A model generated the notes under the pieces. The model worked only from the letters and a program-made list of their open reading frames with translations. It was not told the DNA's origin and ran no database searches. Source: a virus (lineage: Duplodnaviria; Caudoviricetes). From it: 24,511 nt of DNA. The position numbers and the translations under genes are program-made. The stretch covers positions 1-24,511 of IMG/VR virus record IMGVR_UViG_3300048589_000499; one strand, written 5' to 3'. Shown here one piece after another: positions 7,430 to 16,677 of this stretch. The first letter of the stretch is position 1. Each line of letters opens with the position of its first letter.

Positions 7430-7479
7430 CGCAAATCGTCTCAGTTTTTATAGATTTGAGACAGCGCCGTGCGCACCAT
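7430..7479 (+). promoter_or_regulatory. Late promoter 2: dyad box GTCTCA-N13-TGAGAC plus -10-like CACCAT
   Basis: Second copy of the 34-bp box. -10-like hexamer at 7474-7479 sits at the same 36-nt offset from the dyad start as in promoter 1, 8 nt before ATG 7488. Confidence 0.8.
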
Positions 7480-7487
7480 GGCCCTCC

Positions 7488-9557
7488 ATGACGAAACCCA
7501 CCGCTGCCGGCACCCGCGAAGGGAACGGCGCCGCGACGCACGACATGCCGCTGCAGCTGCGCGGCGCGCAGCTCGCGCCGGCGACGTTCCGCGAATCCGA
7601 CAACTCGATCGAGGTCGTCTGGACGACGGGCTTCCGCCGCCGCGCCTACGACTGGTACAACGACCAGGTCTACGAGGAAGAGCTCGACGTGTCCACCGAA
7701 GCGGTGAACATGGAGCGCTTCGCCGCCGGCACGCTGCAGGTGATCGACAGCCACCGCACCTACGGCGGCGTCGAGTCGATCCTCGGCATCGCCATCGAGG
7801 GCAGCGTCGCCACCGGCGAAGGCCGCGCCCGCATCGCCCTCAGCACCGACCCGGCCAAGGCCGGCGTCGTCGGCGACATCCGCGCCGGCGTCATCCGCGC
7901 GATGAGCTTCGGCTACTCGGTCGAGAAGTACGAAATCACCCGCGCGCAGGACCGCACCGACGGCGTCAACCTGCCGCTCTATCGCGCCGTGCGCTGGACG
8001 CCGATGGAGCTGACCTTCTGCGCCGTCGGCGCCGACCCCAACGCCGCGCCGCGCGCCGCCGAAGAGGCGCTCACCCGCTCCAAACCCGAACACGGCACGC
8101 CGTGCGAATGTGCCGTCCGATCCCTGGCCCAACCGAAAAAGGAAGCCACCATGTCCGAAGCCGAACTCCAGGCCCAGCGCGACGCTGACGCCGCCGCCGC
8201 CACGCAACGCGCCGCGCAGGATGCCGCCGTCGCGGCTGCTGCCGCCGCCGCCGCCACCGCCGCCGCGCAGCGCGCCGCCGACATCACCGAGCTGTGCACC
8301 CGCCACCACGCGCCGCAGCTCGCCGCCGGCCTGATCCGCAGCGACAAGACGGTCGAGCAGGCCGGCCTGGCCGTGCTCGAAGACATGGCCGCCCGCAGCA
8401 ACGCCGCCGGCGGCAACCTGAACGTGCGCACCCTCGTCGACGAGACGCAGACGCGCCTGGCCGGCATCGAAGAAGCGCTGCTCTCGCGCGTCGACGCCCG
8501 CGCCCCCCTCACCGACAACGGCCGCCAGTTCCGCAGCATGAGCCTGCTCGAGGTCGGCCGCGAGCACCTCGAGCGCGCCGGCCTGAACACCCGAGCGATG
8601 GATCGGATGCAGCTCGCCACGCAGATCCTCATGTTCCGCTCCGGCGGCATGATGGGCACGAGCGACTTCGCCAGCCTGCTGCAGAACGTCGCCACCAAGC
8701 GCCTGCGCGGCGGCTACGACGAGAACATGCCGTCCTACCGCATGTGGGCCCGCCGCGCGCCGAACGCGCCCGACTTCAAGACGATGAGCGTCGTCAACCT
8801 GGCCGGCGCGCCCGACCTGTTGCAGACGAACGAGCATGGCGAGTTCAAGTACGGCGCCATGACCGACGGCAAAGAGACCTACGCGCTCACCACCTACGGC
8901 CGCATCGTCTCGCTCACCCGCCAGGCGATCGTCAACGACGACCTGCGCGGCTTCGACCGCCTGGTCGGCGCCTTCGGTAACAGCGCGGCGCGGCTCGAGA
9001 ACCGCACCGTCTACGCCATCCTCACCGCGAACGCGGCCATGGGCGACGGCGGCGCGCTGTTCAACGCCACGGCCGTCACCACCCCCGGCGGCCACGCCAA
9101 CCTGACCAGCTCGGGCACCGCCATCAGCGTCGACTCGCTCGGCGTCGGCCGCGCCAACATGCGCGCCAAGAAGGGCCTGCAAAGCGAGGAGCTCAACCTC
9201 GCGCCGAAGTACCTGATCGTGCCGGCCGCCAAGGAGCAACTCGCCTACCAGTACACGAGCAGCCAGTTCGTGCCGGCCACGTCGTCGGCGGTGAACGAAT
9301 TCCGCGCCGGCGGCCGCACCGCGCTCGAGCCGGTGGTCGAGGCCATCCTCGACGCCAGCAGCGACAAGTCCTGGTATCTGGCCGCCGACAGCGGCGCGAT
9401 CGACACCGTCGAATTTTGCTACCTCGACGGCGCCGAAGGCCCCGTCATCGAAAGCGAAGTCGGCTTCGAAGTGGACGGCCTGTCCTACAAGTGCCGGCTC
9501 GATTTCGCCGCCAAGGCGATCGACTGGCGCGGCCTCTACAAGAACGCCGGCGCCTGA
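7488..9557 (+). CDS. Prohead protease-scaffold-major capsid protein fusion (HK97-type protease + Mu gpT-like capsid)
   Basis: Protease motifs VIDSH, IRAMSFGY and WTPMELTFCAVGADPNA. Ala-rich linker. Capsid motifs TSDFASLL, TYGRIVSLTRQAIVNDDL, LIVP, YLDGAEGP and DFAAKAIDWRGLYK. Confidence 0.93.
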   Translation: MTKPTAAGTREGNGAATHDMPLQLRGAQLAPATFRESDNSIEVVWTTGFRRRAYDWYNDQVYEEELDVSTEAVNMERFAAGTLQVIDSHRTYGGVESILGIAIEGSVATGEGRARIALSTDPAKAGVVGDIRAGVIRAMSFGYSVEKYEITRAQDRTDGVNLPLYRAVRWTPMELTFCAVGADPNAAPRAAEEALTRSKPEHGTPCECAVRSLAQPKKEATMSEAELQAQRDADAAAATQRAAQDAAVAAAAAAAATAAAQRAADITELCTRHHAPQLAAGLIRSDKTVEQAGLAVLEDMAARSNAAGGNLNVRTLVDETQTRLAGIEEALLSRVDARAPLTDNGRQFRSMSLLEVGREHLERAGLNTRAMDRMQLATQILMFRSGGMMGTSDFASLLQNVATKRLRGGYDENMPSYRMWARRAPNAPDFKTMSVVNLAGAPDLLQTNEHGEFKYGAMTDGKETYALTTYGRIVSLTRQAIVNDDLRGFDRLVGAFGNSAARLENRTVYAILTANAAMGDGGALFNATAVTTPGGHANLTSSGTAISVDSLGVGRANMRAKKGLQSEELNLAPKYLIVPAAKEQLAYQYTSSQFVPATSSAVNEFRAGGRTALEPVVEAILDASSDKSWYLAADSGAIDTVEFCYLDGAEGPVIESEVGFEVDGLSYKCRLDFAAKAIDWRGLYKNAGA

Positions 9558-9605
9558 CGCCCCCGCGCCCGAGATCCAACCTGCCCATCACCCGGAGCCA
9601 TCACC

Positions 9606-9950
9606 ATGATCAACTACGTGCAAGACGGCGACACGCTCGACCTCGACGCCGGCGCCGTCGTCGCCGCCGGCGTCGGCCACCTGTTCGGCACCGCGCTCTT
9701 CGGCGTCGCCTGCGTCGATGCCGTCAGCGGCACCGCCAGCTCGTTCCAGACCAAGGGCGTCGTCGAGATCGCCAAGACCTCGGCGCTCGCCATCAACGTC
9801 GGCGACGTGCTGTACTGGGACGCCACCAACAGCGTCGTCAACAAGACTACCAGTTCGCAGCGTGCCGTCGGCGTTGCCGTCGCCGGCGCTGCCAACCCGA
9901 GCGCCACCGTGAAGATGCGCCTCGGCGTAGGCACGCTGGCCGGCACCTGA
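9606..9950 (+). CDS. DUF2190-family head decoration/cement protein
   Basis: MINYVQDGDTL start and GVVEIAK...GDVLYWD; directly follows the capsid gene. Confidence 0.85.
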   Translation: MINYVQDGDTLDLDAGAVVAAGVGHLFGTALFGVACVDAVSGTASSFQTKGVVEIAKTSALAINVGDVLYWDATNSVVNKTTSSQRAVGVAVAGAANPSATVKMRLGVGTLAGT

Positions 9951-10029
9951 TCACGAAGTGATCTGCATCACCGAGCGCCTGCGCCGCTGGCTGCTGGCGC
10001 CGGTGATCACCCTGCAACAGGAGCTCGCC

Positions 10030-10254
10030 ATGAACCAGCAAGAACTCGCCGACCAGCTCACCGCACTCGGCACCACCGTCGAGAAGATCGGCACCGAGAC
10101 CACCGGCCTGATCGACGCCGTCGCGGCCCTGCAGGCCGCGCTCGACGCCGCCGGCGAAGTGAGCCCCGAAGTGCAGGCCGCCCTGGCCGACGTGCAGGCC
10201 CGCGTCAAGGCCGTCGACGACCTGGTGCCCGACGCGGCCCCGCCGGACGCCTGA
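10030..10254 (+). CDS. Small acidic coiled-coil phage protein (74 aa)
   Basis: AGGAG SD precedes ATG 10030 (MNQQELADQLTAL...DDLVPDA). ORF track extends it to GTG 9958. Confidence 0.7.
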   Translation: MNQQELADQLTALGTTVEKIGTETTGLIDAVAALQAALDAAGEVSPEVQAALADVQARVKAVDDLVPDAAPPDA

Positions 10255-10283
10255 GCCGAGACCCGAGGCAGCCGAGCCACGCC

Positions 10284-10619
10284 ATGAGCTTCGCCGACAT
10301 CGAGCAGCGCGCCACCGCAGCGGTCTTCAAGACGCTGACGAACGCGACCGCGACCTTCCCGCCGGTCGGCGGCGCAGACCCCGTCGTCGCCGACGTGGTG
10401 TTCGACGCGGCATTAGGCACCATCGACGATCTCGGCATCCAGACGCTGCAGCCGAGCTTCATGGCCAAAGCCGAAGTCGCCGTGCTCGCGGCCGAGGGCA
10501 TGACGCTCACGCTCGACGCCGCGCCGCTTTCCATCGTCGCCGTGCCATACAAGGTGCGCGCCGTCATTCCGCAGGCCGAGGGCGCGATGAGCCGCGTCAT
10601 CCTCGCCCGCGCCGCCTGA
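10284..10619 (+). CDS. Head-closure / head-tail joining protein (gpFII-like position)
   Basis: 111-aa beta-rich protein ending YKVRAVIPQAEGAMSRVIL; assignment rests mainly on synteny. Confidence 0.7.
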   Translation: MSFADIEQRATAAVFKTLTNATATFPPVGGADPVVADVVFDAALGTIDDLGIQTLQPSFMAKAEVAVLAAEGMTLTLDAAPLSIVAVPYKVRAVIPQAEGAMSRVILARAA

Positions 10620-10622
10620 GCC

Positions 10623-11081
10623 ATGGCGCTCGCCGCGGCGCAGGTCGTGGCCGCGATAGCGGCCCGCATCCCCGGCACCGCCTACACCTCGCGCATGTGG
10701 CCGATCGCAGAGGCCGAGCTGCCCGCCTGGCGCGTCGTCGCCGCCGGTGAAGACATCACCGCCGAGACGCTCGCGCCCGACGCGCTGCAAAAGCACGAGC
10801 TCGCCGTCGAGCTGCGCGGCTACGCGTCGGCCGTCGAGAGTCTCGACGACGACCTGCACGCGCTGGCGGCCGGCGCGCTCGCCGCCATCTTCGCCGCTGC
10901 CCCGCAAGCGCCGCCCGACGCGCTCGACGCGCTGCGCAGCGCCGGCCTGGCGCAGATCGAGCTGCGCCACATCGAGCGCGAGCTGACGAGCGAAGGCCAG
11001 GCCACCGTGGGCGTCGTCACGATCACCCTGCAGGCGCTCTTCTTCACCCAGGCCAGCCTGCCAGAAACCATCTTCAACTGA
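10623..11081 (+). CDS. Tail terminator (gpU-like)
   Basis: SRMWPIAEAELPAWRV and LDDDLHALA motifs; immediately precedes tail tube. Confidence 0.7.
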   Translation: MALAAAQVVAAIAARIPGTAYTSRMWPIAEAELPAWRVVAAGEDITAETLAPDALQKHELAVELRGYASAVESLDDDLHALAAGALAAIFAAAPQAPPDALDALRSAGLAQIELRHIERELTSEGQATVGVVTITLQALFFTQASLPETIFN

Positions 11082-11103
11082 CCCCACCGCAAAGAGGCCC
11101 ATC

Positions 11104-11748
11104 ATGTCCAAGACCCTAGCCGTCGGCACCACCGTCCAGATCGCCAGCACCTACGGCGCGGCGAAGGCGGTCAGCGCCATCTCCAACGCCAACCCGGCCG
11201 TCGCCACCCTCGAGGCCTCGCACGGCGTCATCGTCGGCGACATCGTGCACCTCAGCTCCGGCTGGGGGCTGGCCGACAACCGCGTCTTTCGCGCATCGGT
11301 TGTGGATGTGAACGACGTGACGCTCGAAGGTTTCAACACCCTCGACACCGACCTCTACCCCGCCGGCACCGGCGTCGGAAGCGTGCGCGAGATCACCGCC
11401 TTCACCGAAATCACGCAGATCACGCGCCAGTACCAGGTGAGCGGCGGAGAGACCGCCTACGCCGACGTGTCCGACCTGAAAGACCGGCAGGACAAGAAGA
11501 TCCCCGTCAGCCGCGGCGCGGTCGACGTGCAGCTCCCCGTCTACGACGACCCGACGCTCGCCTTCTACGCCGCCATCAACGCCGCCGACGCGACCGAGAC
11601 CGGCGGCGCCTTCATCTACCCGAACGGCCGCAAGGTCTACTTCACCGGCTTCTGGACGGTCGGCGACGTGGCGACGGTCGAAGACAGCACGCTGCGCAAC
11701 CGGGTCGACATCACCTTCGCCTCGCGCCCGACGAGCTACGCGAGCTGA
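11104..11748 (+). CDS. Tail tube (major tail) protein
   Basis: AISNANPAVAT...HGVIVGDIV, SGW, FTEITQI, VSGGE and YPNGRKVYFTG, as in proteobacterial Phage_tail_3-type tube proteins. Confidence 0.85.
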   Translation: MSKTLAVGTTVQIASTYGAAKAVSAISNANPAVATLEASHGVIVGDIVHLSSGWGLADNRVFRASVVDVNDVTLEGFNTLDTDLYPAGTGVGSVREITAFTEITQITRQYQVSGGETAYADVSDLKDRQDKKIPVSRGAVDVQLPVYDDPTLAFYAAINAADATETGGAFIYPNGRKVYFTGFWTVGDVATVEDSTLRNRVDITFASRPTSYAS

Positions 11749-11767
11749 TCGCGCGAGGGCCTGAGCC

Positions 11768-12160
11768 GTGGAGTTCATCAACGCGCGCGACGTTGCCGCG
11801 CCGGTGCTGCCGTTCGAGCGCGTCGACTGCGAAGCGCTCGGCGGTGCCGTCAAGGTGCGCTCGCTCGGCCTGGCCGAGCGCCGCGTCTTCCAGCGCACCG
11901 TCGAGCGCCTGCGCGTCGAGCAGTACGGCAGCGAAGAGGCCGCCCGCAGTGCCCCCGGCGGCAGCGACGGCGAAGTCGTCGTCTACAAGGCGGTGGCGCA
12001 CCTGCTCGCCGCCACCGTGCTCGACGGCGCCGACCAGCCCGTCTACTCCGTCGCCGGCTGGAACGTGTTCGGCCGCATGCACGAGGCGGCCGTCTTCGAG
12101 CTCTTCGACATCGCCTGGCGCATCTCGGGCCTGAGCGGAGACGAGGCCAAAAAAAACTAG
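11768..12160 (+). CDS. Tail assembly chaperone (lambda G equivalent)
   Basis: LGGAVKVRSL motif; ends EAKKN* on a run of 8 A; located between tube and TMP. Confidence 0.88.
   Translation: MEFINARDVAAPVLPFERVDCEALGGAVKVRSLGLAERRVFQRTVERLRVEQYGSEEAARSAPGGSDGEVVVYKAVAHLLAATVLDGADQPVYSVAGWNVFGRMHEAAVFELFDIAWRISGLSGDEAKKN
12151..12157 (+). other. -1 programmed ribosomal frameshift site A AAA AAC
   Basis: X XXY YYZ heptamer immediately before TAG 12158-12160; the -1 frame is open to 12354. Confidence 0.9.
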
Positions 12161-12354
12161 ACGCCGAGCCCGAACTGGCCTTCGCCATCGAGCTTGCGCA
12201 ACGGCTCGGGCGCACCCTGGGCGAACTGGAGCAGACGATGACCAGCGCCGAATTCTCCCTCCACCTGCAGCTCGAGCTGCAGCGCCGCGGCCAGGGCGGC
12301 GCCGATGAGCCGGCGTCGGACGGCAGCGAGTGGGATGACGAGTGGGATGAATAG
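12157..12354 (+). CDS. Frameshifted C-terminal extension of the tail chaperone (lambda T equivalent)
   Basis: -1 frame reads LDAEPELAFAIELAQRLGRTLGELEQTMTSAEFSLHLQLE...EWDDEWDE*, ending 2 nt before the TMP ATG. Absent from the ORF track. Confidence 0.87.
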   Translation, partial: LDAEPELAFAIELAQRLGRTLGELEQTMTSAEFSLHLQLELQRRGQGGADEPASDGSEWDDEWDE

Positions 12355-12356
12355 CC

Positions 12357-15191
12357 ATGGCTGACCAGCAGGCAAACATCGTCATTCGCGCGTCGGATCG
12401 CACGCGCGAGGCCTTCGCCAGCGCGCAGCGCAACCTCGGCAACCTCGAAAAGGGAATCACGCGGCTGAACGCGCTGCCGGCCGCGCTCGCCGGCGTCACT
12501 GCCGCCGTCGCGGCCGTCGCCGCATCGTTCGAGCTGATCAACCCGCGGCCGATGATCGACCTCGGCGACGAGCTTGCCAAGCTCAGCCAGCGCACCGGCA
12601 TCGGCGTCGACAAGCTCGACGCATTGCGCTACGCCGGCCAGCTCGCCGATGTCGAGTTCGACGCGATGGGCAAGACGCTCGCGCGCCTGAACGTCAACAT
12701 CGCCGCCGCCGCCGCGGGCGAAGAAGAGCAGGCCGACGCCTTCCGCAAGATGGGCGTCGCCGTCGTCGACGCCAACGGCAAGGTGCGCAACCAGTACGAC
12801 GTGCTGCTCGACGTGGCGGATGCCCTCAGCGGCTACGAAGACGGCGCCAACAAGGTCGCCCTTGTGAACGCCGCGATGAGCAAGAGCGGCGTCGCGATGA
12901 TTCCGCTGCTCAACGGCGGCGCGGCCGCGATCCGCGAATCCGCAGAAGAGCTCGACAAGCTGCGCGGCACGATCGACCCCGAGTTCGCGCGCCGCTCCGA
13001 GCAGTTCAACGACAACATGACGAAGCTCGGCGTCGCCGCCGAGCGGCTCAAGCTGGCGGTCGCGTCAGGCCTGCTGCCGGGCCTGGTGCGCTACTCCGAA
13101 GAGCTTGTCACGGCGGCCAAGAACAGCGACCTGCTCGGCCTGGCGATGCGCCGGCTGCCCGACTTTCTCACGCTCAAGACGCCGTCGAAATTCTTCGCCG
13201 ACCTGGCGGGCGGGCCCGACAAACCCGAAGGCACCTGGGATGCGCCCGACAAGCCCAAGACCGAAGCCCCCGCGCTCGACGCCCCCGGCGCCAAGGCCGG
13301 CGCCGCCGCGGCATCGGCCGCGCGCGCCAAGGCCCTCGCGCAGGCGCTCGCCACCGAGCGCCGTGTGACCGATCGCCACCTGAAGGCGATCCAGACCACG
13401 CAGGCCGCCACGCAAGACACCTTGCGCTTCGGCCAGCAGTATTCGCAGGCGCTCTACGAAGCCGGCCTCACCAGCCTGGAGAAGTACTACGCCGACCAGG
13501 ACGCCGCGCGCCAGGGCAACCTCGAGGCCGTGCGCAAGGCCGTCGCCGACGAGATCGCGATCCGCACGAAGGAGATGCAAAGCCCGCTGCTCGCCGGCGC
13601 CGACAAGGCAGACGAGCGCGAAGCGATCGCCACCCAGATCGAATCCGCGCGCGACCGCCTGCGCGCCGCCCAGCGTGAGGCCGACCAGGCCGGCCAGCTC
13701 GTCACGCTCGAGCGTGGCCAGGCCGTGCAGCAACTGCGCGACGACGTGGCCGCGCTCGACGCGCAGATCCACGATCTCGCCACCGGCAAGACCGTCGAGG
13801 CCGATCTGCTCGGCATCGCGCAGCGCGTGCGCGACGCGAACCGCCTGCTGCTGCAGGCCGGCGCCAGCCCCGAGGATGCCGGCGCGCGCGCGGCCGACCT
13901 CGGCGCCAAGCTCACCACCCTGCAGCGCCTGAACACGATCCGCGAGCAGTTCACCGACCTCACGGACGCAGCCGCGAACGCCGAAGCGCGCCTCGCCGCC
14001 ACCGAATCGCAGCGCGGCGACGGCCTGCTCGAAGCCGAAGGCCGCATCCGAGACGTGCGCACGCGCGCGCTCGGCGAGCTCGAAAAGCTGATCGAGGCGA
14101 CCCGCGAGCTGGCGAACCAGAACCCGCAGAACACGCCACTGCAAAAGTACCTGGCCGACCTGCAGACGCAGGCGCTCGGCCTGCGCGCCGCGCTCGACCC
14201 GACCAAACTGCGCCTCGACCAGGCCGCCAACGACATCGGCGCCACGCTCGCCGCCGGCCTCGAGCGCGCCGCGTTCGAAGGCGGCAAGGTGAGCGACATG
14301 CTCAAGCAGATCGGCCTCGACGTGCTGCGCATCACGACCAACGAGCTCGTCACCAAGCCGGCCGCCACCGCGTTCTCGAACATCGTCAAGGGCGCCGGCG
14401 GGCAGGGCACCGGCGAGAACATCCTCGGCCAGCTCGGCCAGCTCGTCGGGCTGATCCCGGCCGGGCAGGGCACCGGCGCCGCTGCAACGTCCGACGCCAG
14501 CGCGCAGGCCGCGAAGAACATCGAAAGCCTCGCCACCGCCGCCGGCGGCTCGGCCGATGTGCTCGGGCAGCTGCCGTCGCTTGCCGCGATCCCGGCGACG
14601 ACGGCGCTCGGCTCGCTCGCCGGCGCGGCGCATATCGCCGCCGCCGCACTCGCGCAGATCGGCGGCGGTGCGGCGGCCGGCAAGAGCGCCAGCCTGCTCG
14701 ACACCGTCGGCAGCCTGTTCGGCGGCACCGGCGGCGGGTTCGGCAGCGGCACCGCCTTCGGCAACCAGGATCTGGGCCAGTACTTCGACACCGGCGGCTA
14801 CACCGGCAACGCCGGCGTCGCCGAGGCGGCCGGCATCGTCCACGGCAAGGAATACGTTTTCAGCGCGCCGGCCACGCGCGCCATCGGCGTCGGCCGGCTC
14901 GACGCCATGCACGCCGCCGCCAAGGCCGGCGCGGTGCGGCTGCCCGGCTTCGCCGCCGGCGGCTTTGTGGGCGCCACGCAGCGCCGCGTGCCGGGGTATG
15001 CCCAGGGTGGCTACGTCGGCGCCCCTGGCGCTGCGGCGGGGGCCGCGCCGGGCATTCCCGCACGCGCGCCGCTGCGCCCGGTCAACCTCGTGCAGAACTT
15101 CTACGGCCCGGCCGACCGGCGAACCGTGCAGCAGGCCGCCGTCGACGGCATGCGCGCCGCGCTGGCGTCCAGCGCGCGGGGAACCGCCTGA
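12357..15191 (+). CDS. Tail tape measure protein (944 aa)
   Basis: Ala-rich helical protein: NIVIRASDRT N-terminus, LAKLSQRTGIGVDKL, and C-terminal FDTGGYTG...AGIVHGKEYVF. Confidence 0.95.
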   Translation: MADQQANIVIRASDRTREAFASAQRNLGNLEKGITRLNALPAALAGVTAAVAAVAASFELINPRPMIDLGDELAKLSQRTGIGVDKLDALRYAGQLADVEFDAMGKTLARLNVNIAAAAAGEEEQADAFRKMGVAVVDANGKVRNQYDVLLDVADALSGYEDGANKVALVNAAMSKSGVAMIPLLNGGAAAIRESAEELDKLRGTIDPEFARRSEQFNDNMTKLGVAAERLKLAVASGLLPGLVRYSEELVTAAKNSDLLGLAMRRLPDFLTLKTPSKFFADLAGGPDKPEGTWDAPDKPKTEAPALDAPGAKAGAAAASAARAKALAQALATERRVTDRHLKAIQTTQAATQDTLRFGQQYSQALYEAGLTSLEKYYADQDAARQGNLEAVRKAVADEIAIRTKEMQSPLLAGADKADEREAIATQIESARDRLRAAQREADQAGQLVTLERGQAVQQLRDDVAALDAQIHDLATGKTVEADLLGIAQRVRDANRLLLQAGASPEDAGARAADLGAKLTTLQRLNTIREQFTDLTDAAANAEARLAATESQRGDGLLEAEGRIRDVRTRALGELEKLIEATRELANQNPQNTPLQKYLADLQTQALGLRAALDPTKLRLDQAANDIGATLAAGLERAAFEGGKVSDMLKQIGLDVLRITTNELVTKPAATAFSNIVKGAGGQGTGENILGQLGQLVGLIPAGQGTGAAATSDASAQAAKNIESLATAAGGSADVLGQLPSLAAIPATTALGSLAGAAHIAAAALAQIGGGAAAGKSASLLDTVGSLFGGTGGGFGSGTAFGNQDLGQYFDTGGYTGNAGVAEAAGIVHGKEYVFSAPATRAIGVGRLDAMHAAAKAGAVRLPGFAAGGFVGATQRRVPGYAQGGYVGAPGAAAGAAPGIPARAPLRPVNLVQNFYGPADRRTVQQAAVDGMRAALASSARGTA

Positions 15192-15205
15192 CGGGGCACT
15201 GCCTG

Positions 15206-15832
15206 ATGGCCGCGCTCGCCTTCCTCGAAGCCCGCATCGACGACGCCGTCGCGCGCGGCATGCAGAGCACGCCCACCGTGCCCGGCCGCGTCAAGCGCTA
15301 CACGCCATCCGGCGCGCTCGGGCAGAACTACGTCGCCTCGCTGCCGATCCACCGCTACGAGCTCTCGCACGGCGTGCGTACCGCGGCGCAATACCAGGCG
15401 CTGCTCGACCTGTTCTACGTCGTCCACTTCACGCCGTACATGGGTTTTCGGCTGCGCGACTGGCGCGACTACAAGCTCACGCAGGCCAATTCGCGCCTCG
15501 TGTTCGTGAGCGGCAGTGATTGGCAGATCCACCGCCTGCACACCTTCGGCGGCGCCGAGTTCGTGCGCCCGATCTACAAGCCCGAGACGGGCATCGTCGT
15601 CAAGCGCACGCGCTCGGGCGTCGTCAGCACCGCCACCGCCACCGTCGACACCACTACCGGCGTCGCCACCATCAGCGGCCACGTCGGCGGCGACACCTAC
15701 ACCGCCGAGGGCAGCTTCGACATGCCCGTGACGTTCACCGACGACGAGTGGAGCGCCGAAATCATCGGCGGCGAGCCGGGCGGCCACATCGTGCTCGCCG
15801 GCCAGATCAAGCTCGAAGAGGTGCGGTTGTGA
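15206..15832 (+). CDS. DUF2460-family distal tail (Dit) protein, GTA-type baseplate
   Basis: GFRLRDWRDY, RPIYKP and TAEGSFDMPVTF motifs; directly after TMP. Confidence 0.85.
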   Translation: MAALAFLEARIDDAVARGMQSTPTVPGRVKRYTPSGALGQNYVASLPIHRYELSHGVRTAAQYQALLDLFYVVHFTPYMGFRLRDWRDYKLTQANSRLVFVSGSDWQIHRLHTFGGAEFVRPIYKPETGIVVKRTRSGVVSTATATVDTTTGVATISGHVGGDTYTAEGSFDMPVTFTDDEWSAEIIGGEPGGHIVLAGQIKLEEVRL

Positions 15833-16677
15833 AAACCGTTCCGGCCGACCTCGTCAACTGCGGCACGCTCGTCTTCGGCGTGCGCATCGTGCGCCGCGAC
15901 GGCGCGGTGATCGCATGGACGCAGCACGACCGCGACCAGACGGTGACGGTCGACGGCGAATCGACCCTGCTCGCCGCCAACCCGGGCTTCACCGTCAGCA
16001 ACTTCGCCAGCGCCGCCGGCCTGGCCGTCGACAACGCGGAAATCTTCGTCGCGGCCGCCGTCGACCTCACCCGCGCCGACATCCTCGCCCGCAAGTGGGA
16101 CGGCGCGCGCGTCTACTTCTTCCGCTACAACTGGAAGCTCCCAGCCTCCGGAATCATCCCCGTCAAGCGCGGCAGCTTCGGCAACTTCGCGCCGCAGCAG
16201 GGCCAGTTCAAGGTCGAATTCCGGGACCAGCGCCAGGCGCTGCAGCAGAATTCCACGTGGGTGATCCAGGAGGCCTGCCGCTGGCGCCTTGGCGACGCGC
16301 GCTGCACCGTCGATCTCGGCCCGTTCACGTACGCCGCCGAAGTGACGGCCGTCGCCAGCCCCTACGAGTTCACCTCCACCGATCTCGACCAGGCCGACGA
16401 CTACTTCGGCGAAGGCTTCGTCAACTGGCTCACCGGCCTGAACGCCGGCACGCCCGGCCACAAGGTGAAGACGTTCGCAGCCGGCGTCGTCACGCTGAGC
16501 GAGTTCGCTGTCTACGCGATCGATGTCGGCGACACCTTCGAGATCACCGCCGGCTGCCGCAAGCGCTGGGACGCTGACTGCCGCGACAAGTTCGACAACA
16601 TCATCAACTTCGGCGGTGAGAAAGACAAGCCCACGCGCGATGAGCTCGTCGCGGCCACTGACGAGATGGCGCCATGA
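15829..16677 (+). CDS. DUF2163/BR0599-family baseplate hub protein with four-Cys cluster
   Basis: GTG 15829 overlaps the upstream TGA. IVRRDG...WTQHDRD, GLAVDN, CRWRLGDARC and AGCRKRWDADCRDKFDNIINFGG. Confidence 0.9.
   Translation: MKTVPADLVNCGTLVFGVRIVRRDGAVIAWTQHDRDQTVTVDGESTLLAANPGFTVSNFASAAGLAVDNAEIFVAAAVDLTRADILARKWDGARVYFFRYNWKLPASGIIPVKRGSFGNFAPQQGQFKVEFRDQRQALQQNSTWVIQEACRWRLGDARCTVDLGPFTYAAEVTAVASPYEFTSTDLDQADDYFGEGFVNWLTGLNAGTPGHKVKTFAAGVVTLSEFAVYAIDVGDTFEITAGCRKRWDADCRDKFDNIINFGGEKDKPTRDELVAATDEMAP

Noticed and set aside
4431-7463. 34-bp direct repeats as lox-like recombination sites or element ends
   Set aside because: Arms are only 6 bp with a 13-bp spacer, excision would delete the essential portal, no recombinase is in the window, and fixed spacing to -10 elements and ATGs fits promoters.
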